From a virus (lineage: Duplodnaviria > Heunggongvirae > Uroviricota > Caudoviricetes): a DNA stretch of 34,200 nucleotides. The DNA lies in the IMG/VR virus record IMGVR_UViG_3300027692_000003; one strand, 5' to 3'. The translations under genes and the position numbers were made by a program. The first letter of the stretch is position 1; each line of letters starts with the position of its first letter. The notes under the pieces are model-generated. The model was not told the origin of the DNA and searched no databases. It saw nothing but the letters and a program-made list of their open reading frames with translations. This document shows positions 33,586 to 34,200 of this stretch, one piece after another.

Positions 33586-34200
33586 GTCGAAACGCCAGCT
33601 CAGGGCGACGGTTTCTGAGACGCCTCGCTCGGGCTGAACCCCGACGTGGATGAGTTCACCGCGTCGAAACGCCAGCTCAGGGCGACGGTTTCTGAGACCC
33701 TATCGGCACGCGTGGCCGCCAACGCCGACGGCTCGTCGAAACGCCAGCTCAGGGCGACGGTTTCTGAGACCTCCTGGCCACCGCCGCGCCCGTCATCTCG
33801 CTGCTCGTGTCGAAACGCCAGCTCAGGGCGACGGTTTCTGAGACCCTGCGCTCCATGTCCTCGGTTGGGTCGACCACGCGCGGCGTCGAAACGCCAGCTC
33901 AGGGCGACGGTTTCTGAGACATACGGATGTTGCGGATGTAGCCCCTTTGGACCGCCTGTCGAAACGCCAGCTCAGGGCGACGGTTTCTGAGACGTCTGAG
34001 CCGGGCCGTTCGTGCCTGCCAGTTACCGCGTCGAAACGCCAGCTCAGGGCGACGGTTTCTGAGACTCTGAGCTGAACCTCAAGCGCGTCGCAGCGCGGCA
34101 CCGTCGAAACGCCAGCTCAGGGCGACGGTTTCTGAGACGGCCCCCACGGCATCCGCGTCAACGCGATCTCGCCAGGGGTGTCGAAACGCCAGCTCAGGGC
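33586..34200 (+). CRISPR. CRISPR array 2: repeat GTCGAAACGCCAGCTCAGGGCGACGGTTTCTGAGAC (36 bp), 8 full plus 1 truncated repeat, 8 spacers of 36-41 bp; continues beyond window
   Basis: Identical repeats start 33586, 33663, 33735, 33809, 33885, 33958, 34030, 34103, 34180. Confidence 0.97.

Noticed and set aside
22140-34179. Self-targeting spacers within the window
   Set aside because: By eye only 10-11 nt coincidences (e.g. CTACGTCACT at 17961); not an exhaustive search

Overview
High-GC actinobacterial phage/prophage-like window with no structural or integrase genes visible. 1-20.2 kb is a tightly packed + strand early/replication region: DNA methyltransferase C-terminus, SF2 helicase with HA repeats, DUF5131, XRE/replication initiator with internal iterons, WhiB, an RNAP alpha-CTD-like protein, many small phage hypotheticals, and an RNA-repair-like trio (RtcB remnant, CCA-type HD protein, RlaP-like nucleotidyltransferase). 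20.3-23.1 kb holds an IS200/IS605-like TnpB lacking the RuvC-III Asp, followed by an omegaRNA-like structured tail with anti-repeat segments and a 17-repeat CRISPR array (28-bp repeat, mostly 33-bp spacers). This is a candidate new TnpB-to-Cas12 intermediate acting as an RNA-guided repressor. 24.4-29.0 kb is an array of 33 tRNA genes covering all 20 amino acids, many non-canonical (8/4 Ser, tetraloop D-arms, C33, short-V Leu), invaded by two HNH-type endonucleases and preceded by a leaderless 38-codon peptide plus terminator that looks like a general tRNA-sensing attenuator. 31.2-34.2 kb is a Cas12m (type V-M) gene with an HTH-like insertion and a 36-bp-repeat array that runs off the window. 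No cas1/cas2 is present in the window. All calls are by eye from motifs; no database searches were run.
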